From positions 1 through 30,904 of the forward strand of contig JAGQMT010000001.1 in NCBI GenBank assembly GCA_020428565.1: a DNA stretch of 30,904 nucleotides, given 5' to 3'. The stretch comes from Candidatus Saccharimonadota bacterium (GTDB lineage: Bacteria > Patescibacteriota > Saccharimonadia > Saccharimonadales > JACDBH01). This document shows positions 6,338-15,615 of this stretch, piece by piece. Numbering within the stretch: the first letter of the stretch is position 1; the number at the start of each line of letters is the position of its first letter. The position numbers and the translations under genes are program-made. The notes beneath the pieces were generated by a model. That model was not told the origin of the DNA. It worked only from the letters and a program-made list of their open reading frames with translations, and made no database searches.

Positions 6338-9300
6338 CTAACGATTACCATGATTTTTGGTAAATCTACTCTCTAGTGCAGATAGTGCCAGATCCAGATC
6401 ATCTACCGCCATAGGTATTTCGCCAAGACCATCATCAGGCGTAGGCTTATCAACAAGCTTAAGGGCATAATTGGTGTTACCATATTTTTCATACGACAAC
6501 AATACAATCACCCTTTCGCTATCTAGACGAATCTCATCTAGCAAATAAGCCTCCCGGCCATCGGCCGTATATTCTTGTGGACCCGACTCTGCCGCTACAT
6601 AGCTGTGACTGCCCAATCTGTCACGATAACCAGAATTCATTATCTGATCATACGACATCAACAAGCCAGTCGTGCTACGCAACTTCAGGTAAGGTCTCTC
6701 AACACTATCTACAGCAGCTTCGATTAGCTCATTGTCTAAATTATAGACGTCCTCTAGTAACTCATCTTCTTGACGTTCTGTTTCTTCGTCTCCGATTTGC
6801 CACGCACCCTCAATAAATTGATGGCTCTGTTCAATGTGACGAATTGCATATACTTGCTCCGATGTCAGTTGATCTGGCCAAGAAGCCACCTCGAAACTAC
6901 CAACATTTGGATCCCGTACAGATGAAGCAAAAGTTAAAGCGATTTCATCAGGATAAATCACATCCCAGATTTTATCAGAACCATCTCTATCAGCTTGCCT
7001 TAATTCTCCTGCAGAATTAACTACCCAAAAATATTGGTTGCCTGAGCCAGTTCCAATCCTTGTCCTACCTCCAAAATTTGTTAAGTAATCACCAGATTCT
7101 ATTAATTGCTGTTCGTACTCCCTCTTTAAACGCTCAGCCTGTCGTTCATGCAGTTCGGCTTCTATTGTCTCTACACCACTGTATACGTCTTCGATACGAC
7201 TATAGCTACGCTGGGCACCATCAGGCATATCAACCAAAAGTCTCAAGGCTACATTCGTAGGCAAAACAGACACATCACCATTAACAACTTGTTCCCAAGA
7301 TAAGGATATCTGAGCCTCTAAAGTTGAATCATAGGACCGAACATAATTAATCGGTACTTGCTCATCCATAACCATCATGACATCTGGATACTCACGCATC
7401 AATGCTTCGGTCCTTGTAATGTCATCTTCGTTGAATATATCATCCCAATTTAATCTGGGTGCATTGGCAAGTAGTGTGTGTAAATTAGTAATGTTATTTT
7501 CAGTCAATTGAGAAATTATCACGCTGTCAAGTCGACTCTGCAGATCTGTAGCAAACTGTGGATCAAACGTACGTGCCCAAGCTTGCAACTGATTTATCTC
7601 TTGTCTCCAATGTAGGTATTGTTGACGCAAAGGATGATTAGCACTTAGCAAAATATTCGCGAAATGTTCTTGAAGTTTATCAAAATCTGGAACAAGCATC
7701 TCTTCTCCAACAACCAAATTACCAAACAGCAAACTATGCTTATCACCAGCATGACCGTGTTCACTAAATACGATATCACCCACATCAGACAGACTAATAA
7801 GTTGTGGGGCAATCTCTGGCAACCAAGCTGGATCAACTTTACTAGCGCCCTGTAATAAGTTGAGAGTCTTAGGCCCTCGCTTGGTATTAATTTGAAGATC
7901 AAACGGAGTCGCCACCAATATATCACTACTACAAACACTACTACTTGATAGTTCACGATTTGAATCTTCTAAGGCAGAGTCATAGCTACCAGCATAGTGA
8001 TGAACCCACACCTGATCAATTAGTCCAGCGGCTATACACTTCAGTACAGCCTCTCTGTCTTCTGGCGTTAGTTCTTGAGTGCCGTCAGCACGCAACCCCA
8101 ACCGACTACGTATTTCCCTAATGCTCTGTTTTGCCGATGATACGTTCTTGCCCAAAATGTCATATTCTGACCATTTTTTATCAACACTACTCAATGCACG
8201 CAGTACATCACGCTGAGCCAAAAAGTCTGAATCTACTTCCTTTGTAAGTCGTTGCCAAGCAACATTATATTTACCGTTTTTGACAATTCCACCAGCCTGC
8301 TGAATACCAATACACTCCACCAAAGCTGATTGTACGTGCTTTGGATATTTGTGAGACTCAACAACCATACGTGCTAGATGAGTTTCTAGAGGCAACCGAT
8401 CCATCTTACGGCCTATATCAGTCAGTTCCTGATTTTCGGTCAAGGCACCCAATGTCCTAAGACGTAATTTAGCCTGTGCAATATCACCCCTATCAGGCTG
8501 ATGAAAGAAATCCATTGATTCCATGTCAAAATTACTAGCCGCCAATCGCAACATAGTTCGATCCAGTCGAGTGCGTAATATCTCGGGTGTTGGATGTGCT
8601 TCGCGCTCCTCAAACGCCACCGCAGTGCCAATGTTTTTCAAACTTGCCAACACATACTCTCCAGGCTTGGTCCTTCCAGCCCTACCAGCTCGTTGCAAAC
8701 AATCCGCTTGACTGATAGGTGCCATAAATAACCCCTCAACACCTTTGCGCTCTTCGGTACGCCTCTCTAATCCACTGTCTACCACAGCATCTATATCCTC
8801 TATAGTAATGCTAGTCTGAGCTACATTAGTAGCTAGTACAATCTTACCGCCACCGTGCTTCATGAACGCCTTGCGCTGTTCCTCTGCCGACAACTGACCG
8901 TGCAAAGGTATAATTGGTACACTAACACCACGGCTCCGGAGATCTCTCTCGACATCATCAATTTCTTTTTTGCCCGGCAAGAAGACAAGCGTATTTTTGC
9001 CTTGCTGTGCCATAGCAACGGTCTCGTCAACCAAATCCCCACCCTCCCGTCTAGCAACATCAAAGGTTCTACCCGGTACTTCTATAACAGGGGTTTGATT
9101 ACCAAAATACTGACTCAGAGCCTCGCTCTCTAGCGTTGCACTCATGGTCACTATTTTAATCTGCTCTTTTTTGGCCCATGCTAGTAGCACTTCAATATTC
9201 GTATTCCATTCATGTACTTCGTCTACTACTAGAACTTTCTCTCGCTCGACCCGATCTTCCCGACCTGCCAAAGACCGCACGACCTGTAATCCATCAGTAC

Positions 9301-9649
9301 AAAAAGTGATATCCGCATCCGCTGGACCAGATTTTTCTTTGGCCGTTCTATAGGCAACCGATATTGAATCGTCCGCTTCTTCTGCAACACGTTCGGCCAC
9401 CGTTCGAGCAGCCATAACTCGTGGCTGAGTCACTATCACTTCATAGCCAGCCTCAGCTAACATCTGTGGCACCTGCGTACTTTTGCCAGCGCCTGTTTCA
9501 GCAGTAATAACTGTTGCCTGATTAGATTCTACCGCATCAATAATTCGTTCTCGATAGGCCATAATTGGCAATTCTAGACCATCTAATATAACGTCCAGAT
9601 TATCTATCGGCTTATTATAATTATCCTGTTGCGTATTCCCTGTTGTCAT
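6338..9649 (-). CDS. HrpA/HrpB-like DExH-box (DEVH) ATP-dependent RNA helicase with a long unrecognised C-terminal region
   Basis: Motifs AETGAGKSTQVPQ, TQPR, FCTDG, DEVH, SAT, LVFLPG, PLHG, ATNVAQTSITI, QRAGRAGR, then an HA2-like LT.IGRKMDRLPL segment. 1103 aa. Confidence 0.9.
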   Translation of the reverse strand: MTTGNTQQDNYNKPIDNLDVILDGLELPIMAYRERIIDAVESNQATVITAETGAGKSTQVPQMLAEAGYEVIVTQPRVMAARTVAERVAEEADDSISVAYRTAKEKSGPADADITFCTDGLQVVRSLAGREDRVEREKVLVVDEVHEWNTNIEVLLAWAKKEQIKIVTMSATLESEALSQYFGNQTPVIEVPGRTFDVARREGGDLVDETVAMAQQGKNTLVFLPGKKEIDDVERDLRSRGVSVPIIPLHGQLSAEEQRKAFMKHGGGKIVLATNVAQTSITIEDIDAVVDSGLERRTEERKGVEGLFMAPISQADCLQRAGRAGRTKPGEYVLASLKNIGTAVAFEEREAHPTPEILRTRLDRTMLRLAASNFDMESMDFFHQPDRGDIAQAKLRLRTLGALTENQELTDIGRKMDRLPLETHLARMVVESHKYPKHVQSALVECIGIQQAGGIVKNGKYNVAWQRLTKEVDSDFLAQRDVLRALSSVDKKWSEYDILGKNVSSAKQSIREIRSRLGLRADGTQELTPEDREAVLKCIAAGLIDQVWVHHYAGSYDSALEDSNRELSSSSVCSSDILVATPFDLQINTKRGPKTLNLLQGASKVDPAWLPEIAPQLISLSDVGDIVFSEHGHAGDKHSLLFGNLVVGEEMLVPDFDKLQEHFANILLSANHPLRQQYLHWRQEINQLQAWARTFDPQFATDLQSRLDSVIISQLTENNITNLHTLLANAPRLNWDDIFNEDDITRTEALMREYPDVMMVMDEQVPINYVRSYDSTLEAQISLSWEQVVNGDVSVLPTNVALRLLVDMPDGAQRSYSRIEDVYSGVETIEAELHERQAERLKREYEQQLIESGDYLTNFGGRTRIGTGSGNQYFWVVNSAGELRQADRDGSDKIWDVIYPDEIALTFASSVRDPNVGSFEVASWPDQLTSEQVYAIRHIEQSHQFIEGAWQIGDEETERQEDELLEDVYNLDNELIEAAVDSVERPYLKLRSTTGLLMSYDQIMNSGYRDRLGSHSYVAAESGPQEYTADGREAYLLDEIRLDSERVIVLLSYEKYGNTNYALKLVDKPTPDDGLGEIPMAVDDLDLALSALESRFTKNHGNR

Positions 9650-9680
9650 AAATTTCTACTTATAATACCTGTTATTGATT

Positions 9681-9731
9681 ACTGTTTCGTCGTTTTCGAC
9701 TCATCAGAGGTGATACACATCACCTGACAGT
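9681..9731 (-). ncRNA. Type III hammerhead ribozyme
   Basis: Minus strand reads ACUGU-C / AGGUGAU-gugu-AUCACCU / CUGAUGA / GUCG-aaaa-CGAC / GAA-ACAGU: all conserved core bases, a G10.1-C11.1 pair, stems I-III and a GUC cleavage triplet. Predicted cut between 9726 and 9725. Confidence 0.93.
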
Positions 9732-10010
9732 TTGGGGTGTTGAATTTTGAGCAAAGCCCAAACACACCCCGTAGAGCACGGACATATATTAAAGAGGGGT
9801 CCGATTACCTCTAGTTCCTAACAAATTATTCAGTCCCTTATCCTTGGCTGATAGAATTATCAGTTCTTTCCTGAACCTAAAATTCATTTCACCAAGGCCG
9901 TAGACCTTACACCATAGTGTTAGCTATGGGCTTCCTCCTGCCTGTTAGCCAGACATGTCATATCACTATGACCTTTACCTCCGAGGGAGAGATAAGTTCA
10001 ACCGAGCTCA

Positions 10011-10355
10011 CTAGTTGCGTGCCAAAGCACAGCACCCAATGATTCGCCCGTCGGCATCCCTCACGGGTCCGCTCGTTGTGAGCAGATCGTGGGTGGGACG
10101 CCCCTGGGCGCGAGCCGCCGACACCGTGATGAAACTCACGATATAGGCAATTCCCTCGGTTGGCACGGGCAAGTCTTCGACTTCGCCAAACACCGTCTTG
10201 ACGACGGGTACGGCAAAACCATCGACCATCACCGCTCCGACCTGATGGTCAGATTGACGTGCCCTTGCCACTCCACCACTCGGAGCGATCGTCGCCACGA
10301 CATCATCGTCAGCAACAATCATCACCGCATGGGGAGTGAGGTTCACCAATTCCAT
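10011..10355 (-). CDS. Small NLTPH-motif protein (cassette B)
   Basis: SD GGAGG 5 nt upstream of ATG 10355. Sequence MELVNLTPH...PSG.VAR...V..LP.P....YIVS...VRDADGRIIGC..L matches a small conserved family often seen in phages and accessory regions. 38/60 G+C in 10021-10080. Confidence 0.8.
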   Translation of the reverse strand: MELVNLTPHAVMIVADDDVVATIAPSGGVARARQSDHQVGAVMVDGFAVPVVKTVFGEVEDLPVPTEGIAYIVSFITVSAARAQGRPTHDLLTTSGPVRDADGRIIGCCALARN

Positions 10356-10902
10356 TTTCACCTCCTTTTTAGTTGGCGAGCGTCTGTGGTTCCGGGACTT
10401 CCGGCAGACAGGAAAAGGTTGGAGTAAGTTACTCCACTAGGTGAATCAAGGGCGCATTGAACAAGACTACTAAGGCAGTCTACATATCATGGACACTAAT
10501 ATCAGCTAGTGGAATAACCCACTCTTTTACAGATATAAATTTAATGTACAGACCATCACATCCTAGCGATAGCCTTAGGTCCCGGTCAGTCGGTTCAGGA
10601 CTTAAGGCTGGTCAATTCGGTCAGCAAAGCCTCTCTATAAGCCTTACTAATTAACCACGCCTGTCTTTCTAAAATCATCGATACTCTGCCTATCCATCAC
10701 CAATAATCTACAATTATCAAGCTGGGAGGAGCAAGCTTTTAGCTTATGGCTCAACTGCCTAGATGTACGAGTGCTCTAGTTCTCGTATCAACAGCTCTAT
10801 CTAGAATCTATGTCTAGATCAATCTATTTAGATTCTTGGTAAGTAGGTCAAGTTGTCAATGTAATCGTTCTCAAAATGCCTCTCATTCATCGAACTGTAT
10901 AC

Positions 10903-10931
10903 ATCATACCGTAAATGTTTAAAAATGTCAA
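10903..10931 (-). promoter_or_regulatory. Sigma70-type promoter, divergent from the TrmB-like gene
   Basis: TTGACA (10931-10926), 17 bp, TATGAT (10908-10903). Confidence 0.6.
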
Positions 10932-10994
10932 TAATGTTATACGATATTCTCACTCAACAGGGGTAATTACATACTACTTTTTGTCAAAAGCTCG

Positions 10995-11023
10995 TTGACA
11001 AAATAATATTTTTTTGCTAATAT
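10995..11023 (+). promoter_or_regulatory. Promoter of a leaderless TrmB-like gene
   Basis: TTGACA, 17 bp, TGc-TAATAT, 7 nt, then ATG 11031. Confidence 0.75.
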
Positions 11024-11030
11024 AGTCAAT

Positions 11031-11768
11031 ATGACCCCCGAATTACTAGAAAACATCGGTCTCAACCATTCTCAAGCAAAGGCATATTTGGTATTAATCG
11101 AATCTGGTGCACTCACCCCTACCGAACTAGCCAACAAGATATTACAAAAACGCACTACTACCTATATGATAATGAATCAACTAGAAACACTAGGCTTGGT
11201 AGAAAAAACAACTAAGGGCACCAAAACCGCCTATGAAGCCACCAATCCCATCGCCCTAGAAAAACTATCTGAGTCACGACGCAAACAACTGCATCAAGCC
11301 GAAACCAGGGTTAAGCAAGCCATGCCCGCCCTACTCAGTTATTACTACTCCATTACAGAAAAACCAGGTATCAGGCTAGTTCAAGGCGTAGAAGGACTAA
11401 AGGACATTTATGCCGATACTTTGCGCGCTAAACAAGATATCTACTTCTTACGAACACCAGCGGATGTAGCAAAAATAGATCAAGAATATTTTGATAAATA
11501 CCGTCAAAAACGTGCTACGCTAGGCATAAAGACCTATGCCTTTACACCAGACACGGCACACAGCAGAGCTAGTTCCAATGACGACGAAAAGTTTCACATA
11601 CAGCGACAATGGATTAGCTCAGATATATATAGCGCGCCTGTAGAAATCGATGTCTACGGAGACAAGACCGCTCTACTTAGCTTTGGTGAAGATATAATTG
11701 GCGTTATCATACAAAGCCCAACTATCGCCGAGGCGATGAAACAACTCATCAGTAACCTCCCTAAGTAG
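11031..11768 (+). CDS. TrmB-family HTH transcriptional regulator
   Basis: LENIGLNHSQAKAYLVLIESGALTPTELANKILQKRTTTYMIMNQLETLGLV winged HTH, plus a C-terminal EIDVYGDKTALLSF effector/PLD-like domain. Confidence 0.85.
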   Translation: MTPELLENIGLNHSQAKAYLVLIESGALTPTELANKILQKRTTTYMIMNQLETLGLVEKTTKGTKTAYEATNPIALEKLSESRRKQLHQAETRVKQAMPALLSYYYSITEKPGIRLVQGVEGLKDIYADTLRAKQDIYFLRTPADVAKIDQEYFDKYRQKRATLGIKTYAFTPDTAHSRASSNDDEKFHIQRQWISSDIYSAPVEIDVYGDKTALLSFGEDIIGVIIQSPTIAEAMKQLISNLPK

Positions 11769-11780
11769 CTATCCCTGAGA

Positions 11781-12830
11781 TCATTCAAAATTAGACAAAT
11801 ACCGATGAATCTCTGCATCAGATTGTACAAACGAACCAACATAAGCTATAAATCTATCTATCTGGTCTTCAGATATGCCAGCAAATCTTTCTGTAAAATG
11901 GCTTCCCTCCGACCTGTGCCGAGCCAATATCTTACCAATCAAATCTCCTGGACGTGCAAAATCATCACCAACCCTAGGATCACGACCAATATCCAAGCTA
12001 AATCCCGTCGGAGACTTCGGGTCTTTATCTAGACGAATAGACAAATCTGCGGCATCAATAAATCTAGTATCGACCTGAACAGATTGATTATAACGATGAG
12101 CAGATTGTTCATTGCTGTGTGTAAATGCAAACTCAACTCTCTTTGCTGGTTCAACATCTACCCTCAATGTACCGCCATAATGATACTCATCAGGATAGAG
12201 GCCATCCTCAAGATCTGGCTCACTTTCAAATTCTGTCTCGTCGCCAGCGTACCTCCAAGTTTCATAACAACCAGCGTAAACTGCTTTTGTTCTACCATTA
12301 GTACGCATGGTGTAATCTGTCATACCAAACAAATAAGTACTCTGCTCGACAATACTTTCCTCTCCACTTACAAACCCCATAGATACAACTAATATGTTCA
12401 TAAGCGCGGTCAAATCACGCATAGCCACCACTGATTCACTCGTTGAATCGACATGCACATCAACATTCAACTCACTCCGTGCCGCCGATTCTATGATGTC
12501 ATAGGCTTCTCTCAGTGACCCACCTATCGCCATACCAATCTGAGGCTCAATACCAGCAAAACAATGCTCCAATATCGACACCGCTCGTCTCCCAGTCAAG
12601 CCTAGCTCATCTACTATACTGGACTCATGGTCAAGTCGTGCCCCTTCTCGATCAATAGCAGGATAAACAACCCTCGCCTTCTCCCGAGAAGTAAACATGT
12701 ACGGATATTTTTGCATCACACATGCAACCTCTACATCTGCGATTGCTGCCGAATCTTGCCCTAAATCCCGACTATCTGTGTCTGTGTTTTCTATAAGTGG
12801 AGCGATTTGCTCAATTACATTGCTACGCAT
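11781..12830 (-). CDS. Acidic hypothetical protein
   Basis: 349-aa ORF with its own consensus promoter. No family recognised. Confidence 0.7.
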   Translation of the reverse strand: MRSNVIEQIAPLIENTDTDSRDLGQDSAAIADVEVACVMQKYPYMFTSREKARVVYPAIDREGARLDHESSIVDELGLTGRRAVSILEHCFAGIEPQIGMAIGGSLREAYDIIESAARSELNVDVHVDSTSESVVAMRDLTALMNILVVSMGFVSGEESIVEQSTYLFGMTDYTMRTNGRTKAVYAGCYETWRYAGDETEFESEPDLEDGLYPDEYHYGGTLRVDVEPAKRVEFAFTHSNEQSAHRYNQSVQVDTRFIDAADLSIRLDKDPKSPTGFSLDIGRDPRVGDDFARPGDLIGKILARHRSEGSHFTERFAGISEDQIDRFIAYVGSFVQSDAEIHRYLSNFE

Positions 12831-12878
12831 TTTTGCATTCTTGAGTTATGGTTTTTTGTTTTAATTGCTTACATCTTT

Positions 12879-12907
12879 AATATAGCACAAAATTTGTTTA
12901 AAGTCAA
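12879..12907 (-). promoter_or_regulatory. Sigma70-type promoter
   Basis: TTGACT, 17 bp, TGc-TATATT. Confidence 0.65.
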
Positions 12908-12967
12908 TTCCGTGTGTTCCGTTGCACGTTTGCATCGACTAGCGATTGTACCCCAATGATTAGCGTC

Positions 12968-15541
12968 TCAGGCTGTAAAACTGTCTATTTCGGTGGTTAT
13001 CTGCTCTAGGCGTCGCTCGGCGTCAGTTAATTGTTGTTTAGTTTCGGCCACCAGAGCCTGCGGGGCATTATCAACGTATGATTTATTGCCTAATCGTGCA
13101 CGCAATCTCTCTACAGACAAGACTTCTTCTGTCTGCCTCTGCTCTAATTTGCCCAAATAGCCCTTAGCTACTTCTTCGGTTACAAAAACAGAGGCTACTT
13201 GATTGGTCTTGCTGAGTCTAATGCCAGAAATTTCACCAACAACTGTGGCTGACTCCAAATTAGCTAGTTTCTTGATCTGCTCTAGGTTAGACTCGATCAA
13301 ATCAGATGCCTGATATTGCAGAATCGGCTTACTGATACCTAGGTTCTTAGCTACTGCCCTCACCTCAGATACAATGCACTTAATATCCTCGAACGAGTCA
13401 GCCCTGTCGGCATCACACTTTAACACCTTAGGCCAATGTGCAACCGCCAACATTGAGTCATTCTCCCACTTGAGCGTCTGCCAAATAGTTTCAGTCGTAA
13501 AGGGCATAAACGGATGCGCTAGCTTGAGTATCACCTCTAACCCATATGCAAGTACCGAATAGTTTGGTTCTACCTTATTTGCCTCTAGGTACCAGCCAGC
13601 GAAATCATCCCAAATTGTGTGATAAACAGTTTCATAAGCCTCAGCAAACATGTATCCCTCGATATCGTTAGATACACTCTCGATAGCATGATTTAATCTA
13701 GTAACAATCCAATGATCGGCCAAAGACACGAACTTAGATGACTTACGAGCATGATAGTCGTCACCGATGACACCCTCGATATATCGAGCGATATTCCAGA
13801 CCTTGTTACAAAAATTACGACCAGCGTCCACTTTGCTTGGAGCAAAAGCTGCACTATAACCAGCACTTCGACCAGCTAACATACCCATCCGCAGAGCGTC
13901 TGAACCGTGTGTGGCCAAAATCTCGTTAGGATCAATGACATTACCAAGACTCTTACTCATCTTCTTGCCATCCTCAGCCCGAACCATACCATGCAAATAC
14001 ACATCTCGAAACGGAATCTCACCCGTTACATAGATACCGAGTACAATCATACGAGCCACCCATTGATAAAGAATATCTACACCTGTTTCCATGACAGAAT
14101 TTGGATAATACTTTGAAAAATCATCTCCTTTTGGATAACCAGTCGTGACAAAAGGCCATTGACCACTGGTGAACCAAGTGTCAAACACGTCTGGATCACG
14201 TCGATAAGTCTTGCCATCAACCTGTATAGTTTCTTGATCTACCCTATCGTCAAAAATCCAATCATCAATATCTTCGGTATTCTGAAAAGCTGGTATAGAA
14301 ACGCCCCATACAATTTGACGACTAATATTCCAATCCTTGACATTCTCTAGATAGGTAATCACCTGATCACGCTTGGCCGTGGGATAAAAACGAACCTTGT
14401 CAGCCCTCAGAGCTTCGATTGCCGGCTTTGCCAATGTCTTCATGTCGATAAACCACTGATCGCGCACCAACGGCTGAATAATCGTGCCACATTTATAACA
14501 ATGCCCTACCCTATGACTATGTTCCTCAATCTTCTCTAATAAACCTAGCTCTTCTAGCTCATCCACGATCCGTTTGCGACCTTCGTCTATTGTCAAATCA
14601 TGATACCTAGCGGGTGCTTCTAATCCAAGCAAACCATATTCGGTAATAACCTGTACCAGAGGTAAATCATGACGTCTAGCTACCTCAAAATCATTTGGAT
14701 CATGGGCAGGAGTAATCTTGACGGCGCCAGTCCCAAAACTCGTATCTACCATTTCGTCAGCCACTATAGAAATATGACGTTCGGTGAGTGGCAGAGCTAC
14801 TTGCCTGCCAATCAAATGTTTGAGTGATTCATCATCAGGATGGACAGCCACAGCCACATCACCCAGCATCGTCTCTGGTCTAGTTGTAGCAATAAGCACA
14901 AAATCTTCCGACAAATCATCACCCTCTGATACAAGCGGAAACTTGATAAAGTACATTTTACCCGGCTCATCTTTGTACTCTACCTCTATATCAGCAAAGG
15001 CCGTACCATGAAATGTACAAAAATTAACCAATCTCTCACCCCTGTAAACCAAACCATCGTTCCATAAACGCTTGAATGTTTCATAAGCTGTATTAACCAC
15101 CTTATCATCAAGAGTGAAAGCAAATTTGCTCCAGTCACAACTACTGCCCAGGGTGCGAAAAATATCATAAAACCCTTGTTTGTTATCCTGTACAAAGCTG
15201 TAGATGCCATCGTATAGCTCTTGTCTAGAGTAATCAAATCGACTCTTGCCTTCTTTGGCCAAGTGCTTTTCGTAAACAACCTGCGTCTCGAAACCAGCAT
15301 GATCAGCACCTGGTATCCAAGCCACGTCCCTGTCCTGCAGTCTGTAGTACCTAGCCAGAACGTCCTGTATGCTAAACATCAACGCATGGCCAATATGCAA
15401 GTTCGCATTAGCATTCGGCGGTGGCATAACCATCGAAAATGGCTCACCCTTACCCTTTGCTTCAAACGCCCCGCTCTGCTCCCATAATTGATAAATATCC
15501 TTCTCGTACTGACTTGGTTCATAGTTTTTTGGCAAATTCAT
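12968..15541 (-). CDS. valS: Valine--tRNA ligase
   Basis: PPPNANANLHIGH, TTRPETMLGD, FGTGAVKITPAHD, DWNISRQ, KMSKS and the C-terminal coiled-coil arm. Confidence 0.97.
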   Translation of the reverse strand: MNLPKNYEPSQYEKDIYQLWEQSGAFEAKGKGEPFSMVMPPPNANANLHIGHALMFSIQDVLARYYRLQDRDVAWIPGADHAGFETQVVYEKHLAKEGKSRFDYSRQELYDGIYSFVQDNKQGFYDIFRTLGSSCDWSKFAFTLDDKVVNTAYETFKRLWNDGLVYRGERLVNFCTFHGTAFADIEVEYKDEPGKMYFIKFPLVSEGDDLSEDFVLIATTRPETMLGDVAVAVHPDDESLKHLIGRQVALPLTERHISIVADEMVDTSFGTGAVKITPAHDPNDFEVARRHDLPLVQVITEYGLLGLEAPARYHDLTIDEGRKRIVDELEELGLLEKIEEHSHRVGHCYKCGTIIQPLVRDQWFIDMKTLAKPAIEALRADKVRFYPTAKRDQVITYLENVKDWNISRQIVWGVSIPAFQNTEDIDDWIFDDRVDQETIQVDGKTYRRDPDVFDTWFTSGQWPFVTTGYPKGDDFSKYYPNSVMETGVDILYQWVARMIVLGIYVTGEIPFRDVYLHGMVRAEDGKKMSKSLGNVIDPNEILATHGSDALRMGMLAGRSAGYSAAFAPSKVDAGRNFCNKVWNIARYIEGVIGDDYHARKSSKFVSLADHWIVTRLNHAIESVSNDIEGYMFAEAYETVYHTIWDDFAGWYLEANKVEPNYSVLAYGLEVILKLAHPFMPFTTETIWQTLKWENDSMLAVAHWPKVLKCDADRADSFEDIKCIVSEVRAVAKNLGISKPILQYQASDLIESNLEQIKKLANLESATVVGEISGIRLSKTNQVASVFVTEEVAKGYLGKLEQRQTEEVLSVERLRARLGNKSYVDNAPQALVAETKQQLTDAERRLEQITTEIDSFTA

Positions 15542-15615
15542 ATGTCCATAATTATACCACCTCTGTTATAACTACCAAAGTAAAATCTAGCACACATCAG
15601 TTGCAAATTAATTGA

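Noticed and set aside
5212-10549. Direct identification as Obelisks
   Set aside because: The ORFs show no recognisable Oblin features, the CDSs fold locally rather than as one rod, and no opposite-polarity ribozyme was seen. Kept as an analogy only.
6179-10888. 11-bp inverted repeat GAATGAGAGGC / GCCTCTCATTC as element ends
   Set aside because: Matches of this length are expected by chance in 31 kb. There is no TSD or recombinase.
10380-10900. Twister, pistol or HDV-like ribozyme at the 5' side of cassette B
   Set aside because: TTTAATGTAC, GGGACCTAAG and CGTGGTTA resemble fragments of those motifs, but I could not assemble the required pseudoknots. An Infernal scan is needed to exclude them formally.
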